From a candidate division WOR-3 bacterium (GTDB lineage: Bacteria; Hydrothermota; Tepidihabitantia; SM23-42; JAOAFX01): 64,000 nt of DNA. Under the pieces are notes generated by a model. That model was given only the letters and a program-made list of their open reading frames with translations, searched no databases and was not told where the DNA came from. How positions within the stretch are numbered: the stretch's first letter is position 1; every line of letters starts with the position of its first letter. The position numbers and the translations under genes are program-made. Location of the stretch: contig JBBINQ010000010.1 of NCBI GenBank assembly GCA_037443805.1, forward strand, positions 172 to 64,171. The letters run 5' to 3'. Positions 9,277-18,441 of this stretch are shown here, piece after piece.

Positions 9277-10872
9277 ATGAGATTTTTGTTGACCATTCTC
9301 TCAATACTCTCTCTTTTGAACGGTGTAGTTATAAAAGATGTAATTGTAAAGTCTGAGGGAGTAAATACAAAATTAATTCTTGAAGCAGATGGTTCATTTA
9401 TTGCCAATGCCTTCAGTCTTAAAGACCCGTCACGGATGGTTGTTGATTGTTCAGGTGTATCCAGCGACCTCGTAGGCAAAACATATGCAGTTAATGCTGG
9501 AGGTATAAAACAAATATCTTTGACCGGGTTTGCGGGACAACCTGACCTGATTAGAGTAGTTGCACAATTAAATCAAGACTATTCTTTCTTAACCGCCACC
9601 GAAGGAAATAATTTTGTAGTAACATTGCTCACTGGGCTCACTGCACCAATACCTCAGTGGCAGGCAGCGGTTGCCCAGGCAACAGCATCTGCTCCTACAG
9701 AAGCACCTCCGCCAGTGGTTCCTACCTCAAGACCACCTGTGAGTATTACTGGACGCCCAATAAGCATTGACCTTGAAAATGCTGATATCTTAACTGTTTT
9801 AAGAGCACTATCCGAATATGCTGGTGTTAATATTGTTGCGGGCAAGGATGTAAAAGGAACAGTCACAGTAAGATTACATAATGTTCCCTGGCATCAGGCA
9901 CTGGAAATTATTCTGCGTGCTGCTGGCTATGCATACCGTGAAGACCCGGGAGTGATCCGCGTTGACACCGCAGAAAACCTTGATAAACAGGATTTTGATT
10001 TACCACTCATCTCCAATATTTATAAACTTGAATTTGCAAATCCCAGTGAGATGCTGAATAAAATTCAGGCAATGCTCTCGCCAAAAGGCAAGGCAAATGT
10101 TGATGAAAGAACAAATTCCGTAGTGGTAACCGAAGTTGAACCCATCCATGATAAGATTAAACAATTGGTAAAATTACTGGATACCCCTACTCCACAGGTT
10201 GAGATTATGGTAAAGGTCGTTGATGTGGATGCTTCACAGTCCCAGGGGCTCGGTATAAACTGGACTGTAAAGGGATTGGAAAGCAGACTGCTCCGTGCCG
10301 ACCTAACAAGTAATCCCAATCCTGCCATTGCCGGCTATGGTGTGTTTAATATCGGTTCTGTTCCTTCTCTTGCCCAGGTATCAGCAACAATTAATCTGCT
10401 TGAAGAAAATGGCAAAGCCAACACAATCTCTGCTCCGCGCGTATCCGCAGTTGATAATAAGAGAGCATCAATCCTCGGTGGACAGCGCTTTGGTATACCA
10501 ACAAGGGATATTGCAGGAAATACCGTAATCCAGTTCTATACTGTGGGTACTAAACTTGAGGTAACACCGCACATAAATTCACTGGAAGAGATCACTATGG
10601 AAATCCATGCTGAAGTGAGTGAACTTGACCGTGCTTCAGCCCTTGCTGGCAGACCCATCATTACTACTTCAGAGGCAGATTCCAAAGTTCTCGTAAAAGA
10701 TGGAAATACCGTAGTTATCGGTGGCTTTATTAGAAAAAAGGAAACCAAAAGTGTCAAGGGAATACCAATCCTTAAGAGCATCCCCATTATCGGCGCCCTA
10801 TTTAGAGAAACAACCACAACCTATGAAGACCGTGAACTGTTGATATTTATTACACCGACAATAATCAAGTAA
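9277..10872 (+). CDS. pilQ: Type IV pilus secretin PilQ
   Basis: AMIN-like N-terminus, secretin-N domains (GVNIVAGKDVKGTVTVRLHNVPWHQALEIIL), and the C-terminal secretin signature VKGIPILKSIPIIGALF...RELLIFITP. Confidence 0.85.
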   Translation: MRFLLTILSILSLLNGVVIKDVIVKSEGVNTKLILEADGSFIANAFSLKDPSRMVVDCSGVSSDLVGKTYAVNAGGIKQISLTGFAGQPDLIRVVAQLNQDYSFLTATEGNNFVVTLLTGLTAPIPQWQAAVAQATASAPTEAPPPVVPTSRPPVSITGRPISIDLENADILTVLRALSEYAGVNIVAGKDVKGTVTVRLHNVPWHQALEIILRAAGYAYREDPGVIRVDTAENLDKQDFDLPLISNIYKLEFANPSEMLNKIQAMLSPKGKANVDERTNSVVVTEVEPIHDKIKQLVKLLDTPTPQVEIMVKVVDVDASQSQGLGINWTVKGLESRLLRADLTSNPNPAIAGYGVFNIGSVPSLAQVSATINLLEENGKANTISAPRVSAVDNKRASILGGQRFGIPTRDIAGNTVIQFYTVGTKLEVTPHINSLEEITMEIHAEVSELDRASALAGRPIITTSEADSKVLVKDGNTVVIGGFIRKKETKSVKGIPILKSIPIIGALFRETTTTYEDRELLIFITPTIIK

Positions 10873-10921
10873 TAGGATTTCTATATCGCCTGAATAAATA
10901 CAGAAAACAATAATATCTCAT

Positions 10922-10956
10922 AAACCCCGGACACACAATTGTGGAGTTCGGGGTTT
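10922..10956 (+). terminator. Intrinsic terminator after the pil operon
   Basis: AAACCCCGGA cacacaattgtggag TTCGGGGTTT gives a 10-bp stem with one G-U pair, followed by an A/T-rich tail. Confidence 0.5.
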
Positions 10957-10977
10957 ATAAATATAAAGCACTTAACA

Positions 10978-11523
10978 ATGAAGATTATCAGTGGTTCTAA
11001 CAAGGGCCAATACCTCAAGGTTGCACGAACAGGCATAAGACCGACAAAAGGAATCGTTCGCTCCGCAATATTTAATATATTGAGCGAACAAGTTAACAAT
11101 GCCTTTGTGATAGATATTTTTGCGGGAACTGGTGCACTGGGCATTGAGGCATTATCCCGTGGCGCAAAATTCTGTATTTTTATTGAAAATCATCCATCAA
11201 TCCTGATAGAAAATATAAAGAAATTAAGTCTTCAAACGAAAACAAAAATAATAAAAAAGGATTTTAGACCCGCACTGAAACAATTGCGCGAAACAAAATT
11301 TGATATCATCTTCATTGACCCACCTTATAAAAAAAATTATCTTGTTCAGGCTCTAAAATTACTTTGTTTTTATTCGCTTATTGCAAAAAATGGAATTGTC
11401 GTTGCTGAACACTCCCATCACCATCCCCGGACAATCCCTCCCGAATATATTGTCCTTAAAGAAAAAAAATATGGTGATACATTTGTATCATTTCTAACAT
11501 TAAAAGAAAACAAGAAGGAGTAA
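10978..11523 (+). CDS. rsmD: 16S rRNA (guanine966-N2)-methyltransferase RsmD
   Basis: Motifs IFAGTGALGIEALSRGA and FIDPPY. The start is chosen at MKIISG rather than the ORF-track ATG at 10939, which lies inside the terminator. Confidence 0.75.
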   Translation: MKIISGSNKGQYLKVARTGIRPTKGIVRSAIFNILSEQVNNAFVIDIFAGTGALGIEALSRGAKFCIFIENHPSILIENIKKLSLQTKTKIIKKDFRPALKQLRETKFDIIFIDPPYKKNYLVQALKLLCFYSLIAKNGIVVAEHSHHHPRTIPPEYIVLKEKKYGDTFVSFLTLKENKKE

Positions 11524-11528
11524 AAAAA

Positions 11529-12011
11529 ATGAAAAAGGCAGTCTATGCTGGAACATTTGACCCGATTACTTATGGGCACATTGATGTCATTGAACGGGCA
11601 ACAAAAATTTTTGATAAAATAATTATCGGCGTGAGTGGAACTCCTAAAAAAACTTTTTTTACTCTTGATGAAAGAATATCTATGATAAAAACCATTTACC
11701 AGAATCATCCGAAGATTATTGTTCAGGGATTTTCAACATTATTGGTAGATTTTGTTAAATCTGTTTCTGCTAAAACTATTATCCGTGGTATCAGGGCAGT
11801 ATCTGATTTTGATTATGAGTTTCAGCTCGCCTTAATGAATAGAAAATTAAATCCTGATATTGATACACTTTTTCTAATGCCTTCAGAAAAATATATATTT
11901 ATTAATTCATCACTGGTTAAGGAGATTGCTTATTTGGGTGGTGATATTTCAAAATTGGTGCCGCCGGTTGTCCGGCGTAGTTTAGCAAAAAAATTAAATT
12001 TTAGACCTTAA
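11529..12011 (+). CDS. coaD: Phosphopantetheine adenylyltransferase
   Basis: MKKAVYAGTFDPITYGHIDVIERA contains the HxGH-type nucleotidyltransferase motif. 160 aa. Confidence 0.9.
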   Translation: MKKAVYAGTFDPITYGHIDVIERATKIFDKIIIGVSGTPKKTFFTLDERISMIKTIYQNHPKIIVQGFSTLLVDFVKSVSAKTIIRGIRAVSDFDYEFQLALMNRKLNPDIDTLFLMPSEKYIFINSSLVKEIAYLGGDISKLVPPVVRRSLAKKLNFRP

Positions 12012-13638
12012 AACTACGTTCAATAAACATATGCCGTTTTATCTTTTGCGTAGTTGTTTTTGGAAATTCTTCTTCTCTGATTTCATATTGTGTGATTCTC
12101 TTGTATGCGGGTAAGTTTTCGTTAACTTTTTGTATTTCATCTTTATATATTTTCCGAACATCATCTTCACTTAAAGTAATATTCCTTGAAATACTATACT
12201 GCTCAAGAAACTCATAGTCAGGAAAAATTAAAGCACACACCTCTTCTTTTTTTGATTTAGGGTCAATGCGAGGAACAACAAGCACCTCTTTAATCCATTC
12301 ACTTTTTATTAATTTTTCTTCAAGTTCTTCAGGATAAATATTTTTGCCGGTCTGGGTCACAATAACACTCTTTTTTCTGCCGGTAATATGAAGATAACCA
12401 TCTGCATCAAAATAACCCAGGTCACCCGTGTATAACCATCCATCTTTCAAAACTTCATCTGTTGCCTTCTTGTTGTTATAATAACCAAGCATAATATTTG
12501 CTCCCTTCGCAATAATTTCTCCAATACCTTTTTCATCAGGCTGAGCAATTTTAATTTCCACCCCGGGTATGGGAAATCCAACTGATTGATTCCTGGGTCT
12601 ATTCATTGGATTAACAGCAAGCACAGGAGAAGCTTCTGTCAAACCATATCCCTGGAGCACGGGTATACCAAAAAGTTCTAAACCATATATTACCTTTTCA
12701 GGTATTGCTGCGGCACCAGATACACAGAGCCTTAAATTATCCAAGCCCATCTCTTTTCGGACACGTGCAAAGAGCGGCCGTCGTAAGAATGGTAATACCG
12801 AACCGATTCCAGTTATTGTTGAAAAAATAACCCGCGTGGGTAGTGTTGCACTGGCGATTTTCCTTTGCACTCCGGCAAGCATTTTTTCAAAAAGCAGTGG
12901 AACGGCAATTAAACAGGTAACCCTTGCTTCTTTAAAAGTTGTTAGAAGTTCATTGGGTTTCAAACTATTAGAATAATATATTGCTACACCACAGTAAAGT
13001 GGATATAGAAAACCACAGGTTGCTTCAAAGGTATGGTGCATCGGAACAATTGAAACCATTGTATCACTGGGAAATAAAGGAATACAATGGCTAATGGAGC
13101 TAATGTTAGAAATTATATTTTTATGGCTCAACATAACCGCCTTTGCTGTTCCAGTCGTGCCTGAAGTAAATATCAAAACCGCCAGCTCCTCAGGACTCAT
13201 TGGTCTTTCTGGATATTGTTTATCAGATTTCAAGTCTTTGATTTCATTCATTCTGATTATCCATTTGAAATGTTTTAATTCACCTTTAATCGCTTCAATC
13301 TTATACAAATGGTTCTCTGAACAGAACACACCCCTCGCCTCACTCTCTCTGAGAATATGGAGTAATTCACCCTCTGAAAGCAGCGGGTCGAGTGGAACAC
13401 AGACAAGCCCTGCTCGTAAAATAGCAAGGTATCCAATTGCCCATTCAGGACGATTCTCACCTAAAACAGCAAATCGCTCACCTTTTTCCAAACCCAATTT
13501 TTGTAAGTAATCTTTTAACTGAATCACCATATCTTTCAATTGTTGATAAGTGAATTGAGTTGTTCCTTTTTTCAGTGCCAGTTTATCTGGATAATTCTTT
13601 ACCGAATTTTCAAAAATTTCACCGATTGTTTCCACCAT
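12001..13638 (-). CDS. AMP-forming acyl-CoA synthetase / long-chain-fatty-acid--CoA ligase
   Basis: AMP-binding motif FTSGTTGTAKAV and YGLTE are present. 545 aa. Confidence 0.75.
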   Translation of the reverse strand: MVETIGEIFENSVKNYPDKLALKKGTTQFTYQQLKDMVIQLKDYLQKLGLEKGERFAVLGENRPEWAIGYLAILRAGLVCVPLDPLLSEGELLHILRESEARGVFCSENHLYKIEAIKGELKHFKWIIRMNEIKDLKSDKQYPERPMSPEELAVLIFTSGTTGTAKAVMLSHKNIISNISSISHCIPLFPSDTMVSIVPMHHTFEATCGFLYPLYCGVAIYYSNSLKPNELLTTFKEARVTCLIAVPLLFEKMLAGVQRKIASATLPTRVIFSTITGIGSVLPFLRRPLFARVRKEMGLDNLRLCVSGAAAIPEKVIYGLELFGIPVLQGYGLTEASPVLAVNPMNRPRNQSVGFPIPGVEIKIAQPDEKGIGEIIAKGANIMLGYYNNKKATDEVLKDGWLYTGDLGYFDADGYLHITGRKKSVIVTQTGKNIYPEELEEKLIKSEWIKEVLVVPRIDPKSKKEEVCALIFPDYEFLEQYSISRNITLSEDDVRKIYKDEIQKVNENLPAYKRITQYEIREEEFPKTTTQKIKRHMFIERSFKV

Positions 13639-14017
13639 TACCTCCTAACATGATAATATTGTCCTTCCCTTTTTTTATCAAAATCGGAACGAGTTCATCA
13701 GCATTATATTTTTCACGCAAAAGAAAGAACTCAATAAGCATTGGAAGATTGACGCCACACAATACCCGCAGTTCTTTATGAGTTTTCAACAAGTTTGAGC
13801 AGGATATCGCACAGCTTCCGCCAGGCAGGTCAACAAAAATTATTTTTTCTTGTTGATCATTAGTTATTGAGGATTTTAAAACTTCAACAATTGCTTCACA
13901 GGATAATTTTTCGTTGGAAAAGACTTCCACCATTTCCTGTTTTCCCAAAATCTTCTCTACGGCATTAAGTAATGAAATAGCAAAATTTCCATGTCCTATT
14001 ATAATTCCTTTAATCAT
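13619..14017 (-). CDS. PTS EIIA component, mannose/fructose family
   Basis: IIIGHGNFA carries the phospho-His region, and VDLPGGSCAISCSNL...LCGVNLPMLIEF resembles EIIA-Man. Confidence 0.6.
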   Translation of the reverse strand: MIKGIIIGHGNFAISLLNAVEKILGKQEMVEVFSNEKLSCEAIVEVLKSSITNDQQEKIIFVDLPGGSCAISCSNLLKTHKELRVLCGVNLPMLIEFFLLREKYNADELVPILIKKGKDNIIMLGGNGGNNR

Positions 14018-14064
14018 ATTTATACCTCACTCCTTGAGAAGTATTCATTATTGTCAGACCTTTT

Positions 14065-15045
14065 TTATTCTATATCATCATCAAAATATACACCGGGTAA
14101 TTCTTTTTTGAAAATAATGCGCTTAAGTTCTTCGTTATATTCACGCGCCGCATTAATTCCTCTTAACTCCAGAAGGTAATTCATTGCCACAACCTCAGCA
14201 ATTACTGAAATATTTTTACCCGGTGTGAGTGGCAATTGAATATGAGGAATCTTAACCCCCAGAATTTCTTTTAACTTCTTTGTCAAACCGAGACGCTCAT
14301 ATTCGCCTTTTGTTTCCTTCCAGAAAACAAGCTCAATTATTATTTCAATACGTTTGCGCAAACGAACTGCTTTAACCCCAAAGATTCTAAAAATATCCAC
14401 AATCCCCACACCGCGGATTTCCAGATGATGTTTTAATTTTTCACTTTTTTCTGCACCAGTACCTATCAGCATTTCACCGCGCCGGACAATTTTTACCAAA
14501 TCATCTGCAACAAGCCGGTGCCCCCTCTCTACAAGGTCAAGTGCACACTCACTCTTGCCAATGCCAGGCTTACCTAAAAATAGCACACCTACCCCATAGA
14601 TATCCATTAATGTTCCATGCAAAAATATACTGGGTGCAAGTTTATAATCCAGGTAATTTGACAGGGCGTGAATAAATGGTGTTGTTGACAGAGGAGTTTT
14701 TAATACCGGTATCTTTCTCTTCTCTGCCTCTTTAATAATTTTTTTGTCAATCTTTAAATTTTTTGTCACAATAATACAGGGAGTTCCTAATTTCATAACC
14801 GTAGTAATTCTCTTTTCTTTTGTTTTTTCTTCCAGCGTCTTCAAATAAGATGTTTCAGTTTTACCAATAATCATTATCCGTTCACTCAAAAAATATCCGG
14901 TATAACCTGCCAGTGCAAGGCCAGGGCGAAAAATATCGCAACTCGTAATCTCTTTTTGTTTTAGATATTTTTCACCACAGATAATTTTAAAAGAAAAATC
15001 ATCCTTTTTATCCTGGTATAAAGTAAGGGCAGTAATCTTATTCAT
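14065..15045 (-). CDS. hprK: HPr kinase/phosphorylase
   Basis: P-loop LGKPGIGKSECALDLVERGHRLVADD. 326 aa. Confidence 0.85.
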   Translation of the reverse strand: MNKITALTLYQDKKDDFSFKIICGEKYLKQKEITSCDIFRPGLALAGYTGYFLSERIMIIGKTETSYLKTLEEKTKEKRITTVMKLGTPCIIVTKNLKIDKKIIKEAEKRKIPVLKTPLSTTPFIHALSNYLDYKLAPSIFLHGTLMDIYGVGVLFLGKPGIGKSECALDLVERGHRLVADDLVKIVRRGEMLIGTGAEKSEKLKHHLEIRGVGIVDIFRIFGVKAVRLRKRIEIIIELVFWKETKGEYERLGLTKKLKEILGVKIPHIQLPLTPGKNISVIAEVVAMNYLLELRGINAAREYNEELKRIIFKKELPGVYFDDDIE

Positions 15046-15047
15046 AT

Positions 15048-15365
15048 CTACACTCTTTTTGTTTTGGCAGCAATCCTTTTCCGTTCTTTAAATTTATCTT
15101 CATACTTTTGCAATTGTCTTTCCGCCTTTCTGGTCACATCTATTATCCCCTGATAAATATCCTGAGTATTAACTTTACAGAGAACAGTAGAATGTTTTAC
15201 CTGCAGGGTGAGTTCAACAATACTTACTGATTTATCTTTTTCCAGAATCAAATTACCATTTATAATATGGTGTTCAAACCTTTTTAACTTTGCCAATTTT
15301 TTTCCAGCAAATTCAGTCAAAGCATCGGTCAATTCAAAATTCCTCGCCGAGATTGTTAAATTCAT
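15048..15365 (-). CDS. hpf: Ribosome hibernation-promoting factor (RaiA/HPF family)
   Basis: MNLTISARNFELTDAL...LEKDKS...VELTLQV. 105 aa, short form. Confidence 0.8.
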   Translation of the reverse strand: MNLTISARNFELTDALTEFAGKKLAKLKRFEHHIINGNLILEKDKSVSIVELTLQVKHSTVLCKVNTQDIYQGIIDVTRKAERQLQKYEDKFKERKRIAAKTKRV

Positions 15366-15392
15366 AATACCTCCTTAATAACCAAAAATTTT

Positions 15393-16397
15393 TCAAAATA
15401 TTAATGACCGAAGATTTCTTTGCAAATCACCTTCAAAAAGATATGATGCAACCGCAATGCCTGAAGCACCTGCTCTGAGAACTTTTTGATAATTCTTATT
15501 ATTTATACCACCAATGCCAATTATTGGAATCTTTATTTTCTTGCTGAGCCGATTTACCAAATCCAGGCCACAAACCCTGGCATCATATTTGGTCATAGTG
15601 GGAAAAACAGCACCAACCCCAAGATAATCTGCCCCTGCATTTTGAGCATCAATTGCCTGTTTAATATTATGAGCCGATGCCCCAATAATAAATTTCTCAC
15701 CCAGAATTTTCCTTGCATGGCTGAGCGGTATATCATCCTGCCCAAGATGCACACCATCTGCATTAATACCCAGGGCAATATCTACACGGTTGTTGATGAT
15801 AAATTTTAAGTGTGGACTCCGAATTAATTTTTTAATCTTTATTGCATAATTGTAGAATTCCCTATCCGACAAATTCTTTATTCTTAATTGCAACATTGTT
15901 ACACCATTATTTTCAAGAATGTCAATCATTTTTTTAAGCGGTAACCTATTGAGATACTTTTCATCAATAATCGCATATAATTGAGGATTAAATTTTTTTT
16001 GTCTCGTTTCAATTACTAATTTCTCAAGGTCGTAAATCTTGAATCTTATCTTTTTTATGTTTTTCACAAGTTTTTTATTTCTCTGCCGCAGAATTTCTTC
16101 AATAATCCTTGCAGACTCCTTTGCCCTGCTGAAATTTGCAAATATTAAGTCCTGTTCATCTGCCCTGGGGATATTGTCAAAAGCAGATTTTCTACCAGGG
16201 TCAATTTCACTTTTCCGATGACTAATTAAATTTTCAATAGGTAACATTTTTTTTAATTCAAAAAATTCTTTTCGCATAATTCTTATACGACTGAGTAATA
16301 CAGGAGCCTTCATTTCAAATCTTATATAATCTTCAAGGAATTTCAAAGAATCAGTGAGTCTATTTAGATTCACATCAAGAACAGATTCCCACGGCAC
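15393..16397 (-). CDS. thiE: Thiamine-phosphate synthase (ThiE domain) with a roughly 130-aa N-terminal extension of unknown function
   Basis: The C-terminal half has MLQLR.K...HLGQDD...IGASAH...GADYLGVGAVFPT...IPIIGIGGI, matching the TMP-TENI/ThiE family. Confidence 0.6.
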   Translation of the reverse strand: MPWESVLDVNLNRLTDSLKFLEDYIRFEMKAPVLLSRIRIMRKEFFELKKMLPIENLISHRKSEIDPGRKSAFDNIPRADEQDLIFANFSRAKESARIIEEILRQRNKKLVKNIKKIRFKIYDLEKLVIETRQKKFNPQLYAIIDEKYLNRLPLKKMIDILENNGVTMLQLRIKNLSDREFYNYAIKIKKLIRSPHLKFIINNRVDIALGINADGVHLGQDDIPLSHARKILGEKFIIGASAHNIKQAIDAQNAGADYLGVGAVFPTMTKYDARVCGLDLVNRLSKKIKIPIIGIGGINNKNYQKVLRAGASGIAVASYLFEGDLQRNLRSLIF

Positions 16398-16511
16398 AAT
16401 TAATTATATTAAAATATTATTTATTGTCAAGCAATAAAAAGCAAACCTCTGTTACTAAATTTTTGGGGAAGACCTTGCCTTTTATATTTTATATGGGATT
16501 AACAGCTATGT

Positions 16512-17807
16512 TTATATAAATAATGAAATGAGTAAAAGAATTGTCATTCCGCCAAGAATACAAATTGCAATAAAAATAAATTTAAATAATTTTTTGGTAT
16601 GGGATTCTTGATTAAGAAAATATTTTAATAACGCTTCATTAATATTTTGTATACCAGCTTTGGTTTCGTTCCCGATTTTGAGCAGAGATTGGGTTGCCTG
16701 ACGATTTTCATCAACTTTGGCACAAATATTCTGACTTGTAGATTCATAACATACCGTAAGATTTTTTAAATCAGTTAGCATCTTCTGGGTGGCTGATTCA
16801 TACTTTACTCCGACTTGGTTAAGAGTATTTGTTATTTCCTGGACAATCAATTTTTGATTGTTGTTAATATCAGAAATGGAGCGGTTTAATTGCGCAACAA
16901 TTGTTTCAATACTATTTATATTCTTTTTTGAGCCTTCCTGCAAGTCAAATATTGCTTTTTTTAAATTTTCCAGATTGACCTGCAATGATTTATGGAGCAA
17001 ATTAATCGCTTCTTTTTGCTGCTGGGAGAAAACAGATAATGACTTGTCTACTGCAATAACGACTTCATCAATACGCATTGCCCGGCGTAATTCTCCGGTA
17101 ACCCTTTCTATCTCATCAGTGAGCTTCTCAAGGCGATTTAGTGATTCAGCATCAAGGATATTCTGTGTAATTGTTTTAGGTTGTGAAATTTCAGATTTTT
17201 TTTCAAGTGAAACCGGATGAATTTCCGGCATCACTGATTTTATTTCTGCAGATTTGTCAATTACTGCTTCTCCTGCCTCCTGTTTTACTTCTTCTGCCTT
17301 CTTCTTTTCTCCAACTGTATCATAGATTGTTGCCATTTTATCTGCCATTGTTCGGTCACTGACTTTAAGATTTTTAAGGATTTCCATCGCCTTCATAACT
17401 TCTTTTTTATTCCCGGCAGACATCTGCCTTTCTATATAAGAGAACAGATATATTGCTGCATCACTTTTTTCATCCAACTCAATAAGTAATTGGGCAATTG
17501 TAAAATTTATATCAATATTACCCTGGTCATAACGCAGAACCTTTTTACAAAGGGCAAGGGCATTGCGTAAAAAATTATCATTTTTAAAAGCCTCAATGCC
17601 CTTTTGATAAGCAACCAATGCTTCTTTTGGTTTGCTCATTTTTATATAAAGGTCACCGAGCCGATTGAGTAAATTGCCATCATTGGGATTTAATTTTATC
17701 GCCCTCTCCAGAATACTAATGGCTTCCTTAAATTTGCCGGATAATTCTAAATTGACGGCATTTTTAAGTAGTTCTTTTATTTCATCAGCTTTTTTTTCAG
17801 GAGCCAT
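16512..17807 (-). CDS. TPR-repeat, coiled-coil protein with a C-terminal transmembrane anchor
   Basis: N-terminal TPR-like repeats, a long coiled-coil middle region, and a hydrophobic C-terminal tail (FIFIAICILGGMTILLLISLFI). Confidence 0.5.
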   Translation of the reverse strand: MAPEKKADEIKELLKNAVNLELSGKFKEAISILERAIKLNPNDGNLLNRLGDLYIKMSKPKEALVAYQKGIEAFKNDNFLRNALALCKKVLRYDQGNIDINFTIAQLLIELDEKSDAAIYLFSYIERQMSAGNKKEVMKAMEILKNLKVSDRTMADKMATIYDTVGEKKKAEEVKQEAGEAVIDKSAEIKSVMPEIHPVSLEKKSEISQPKTITQNILDAESLNRLEKLTDEIERVTGELRRAMRIDEVVIAVDKSLSVFSQQQKEAINLLHKSLQVNLENLKKAIFDLQEGSKKNINSIETIVAQLNRSISDINNNQKLIVQEITNTLNQVGVKYESATQKMLTDLKNLTVCYESTSQNICAKVDENRQATQSLLKIGNETKAGIQNINEALLKYFLNQESHTKKLFKFIFIAICILGGMTILLLISLFI

Positions 17808-17826
17808 ATTTAAATATCAAAGGAAA

Positions 17827-17858
17827 ATATGGAGCCTGGTTTTACCCAGGCTCCATAT
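17827..17858 (-). terminator. Intrinsic terminator of the cold-shock gene
   Basis: Perfect 13-bp inverted repeat ATATGGAGCCTGG-tttta-CCAGGCTCCATAT immediately downstream of the csp stop on the minus strand, followed by a T-rich tract. Confidence 0.6.
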
Positions 17859-17876
17859 CTGGATTCAATGAATCCA

Positions 17877-18089
17877 TTATTCATTTGCAGTGCGTTCGAC
17901 CTTAATGGCTTTGTCTCCTTTCGGAGTTTGCGTAATTTCAAATTTAACTCGTTCGCCTTCTCTAAGAACCCGATAACCTTCACCCACTATATCTTGATAA
18001 TGGACAAAGACATCACCGGATCCATCTTCTTTCTCTATAAAACCATAGCCCTTCTTTCCATCGAACCACTTTACTTTTCCGTAGACCAA
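17877..18089 (-). CDS. Cold-shock protein, CspA family. Translation starts at TTG preceded by a perfect AGGAGG, giving a 70-aa product.
   Basis: (M)VYGKVKWFDGKKGYGFI...VFVHY has the RNP1/RNP2 motifs. The ORF-track upstream ATG at 18149 and the alternative at 18128 both lack an SD sequence. The TTG at 18089 follows aaAGGAGGaaat. Confidence 0.75.
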   Translation of the reverse strand: MVYGKVKWFDGKKGYGFIEKEDGSGDVFVHYQDIVGEGYRVLREGERVKFEITQTPKGDKAIKVERTANE

Positions 18090-18252
18090 ATTTCCTCCTT
18101 TCGAGCCTTCATCGCCCTTGAAGTTCATAAGGGCAACCTCTACGGTCAAAGCTTATAATATTATATTTAATTAATGATGCGTGTCAATAGCCAAGTGCAG
18201 AGTTCCAGGATAAGGTATCCACCCCCAGAATATCCTCCGGGTTTAAATAAAA

Positions 18253-18341
18253 AGAGGGAGGAGAACCTCCCTCTTTTTATTTTGTTACTTTTTTTTCTTT
18301 TTACTTTTCTTCTTTGTTTTTTTCGTACCGCATTTAGGCAT
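18253..18341 (-). promoter_or_regulatory. Putative leader-peptide attenuator in the csp 5' leader. It consists of an 18-codon Lys-rich mini-ORF (18341 down to 18285, MPKCGTKKTKKKSKKKKK) and then, 11 nt after its stop, a terminator hairpin (18274 down to 18253, AGAGGGAGG-agaa-CCTCCCTCT plus a U-tract).
   Basis: The mini-ORF has GGAGG-aata-ATG and an A-rich coding run. The hairpin is a perfect 9-bp GC-rich stem flanked by T/A runs and could act bidirectionally. It lies between the csp promoter (about 18363-18390) and the csp start. Confidence 0.4.
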
Positions 18342-18362
18342 TATTCCTCCTTTTTATTTTTA

Positions 18363-18390
18363 ATTATACATAGTATTTTTCTTTTGTCAA
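18363..18390 (-). promoter_or_regulatory. Sigma70-like promoter for csp, read on the minus strand as TTGACA, 16 bp, TATAAT
   Basis: The reverse complement reads ttaTTGACAaaagaaaaatactatgTATAATtaaa. It implies a csp 5' leader of about 265 nt. Confidence 0.45.
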
Positions 18391-18401
18391 TAACTTTGTG
18401 C

Positions 18402-18429
18402 TTGACTTTTACTCAATTATCAATATAAT
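18402..18429 (+). promoter_or_regulatory. Sigma70-like promoter: TTGACT, 16 bp, TATAAT. It sits 12 nt before the rfbA-like ATG.
   Basis: The sequence gcTTGACTtttactcaattatcaaTATAATcaaatgtaaaaaATG is read directly. Confidence 0.45.
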
Positions 18430-18441
18430 CAAATGTAAAAA

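Noticed and set aside
10939-10977. ORF-track start of rsmD at 10939
   Set aside because: That ATG lies within the pilQ terminator hairpin. The conserved RsmD N-terminus begins at MKIISG (10978).
17829-18158. 109-aa plus-strand ORF
   Set aside because: It is entirely antisense to the well-supported cold-shock gene and its terminator. No RBS.
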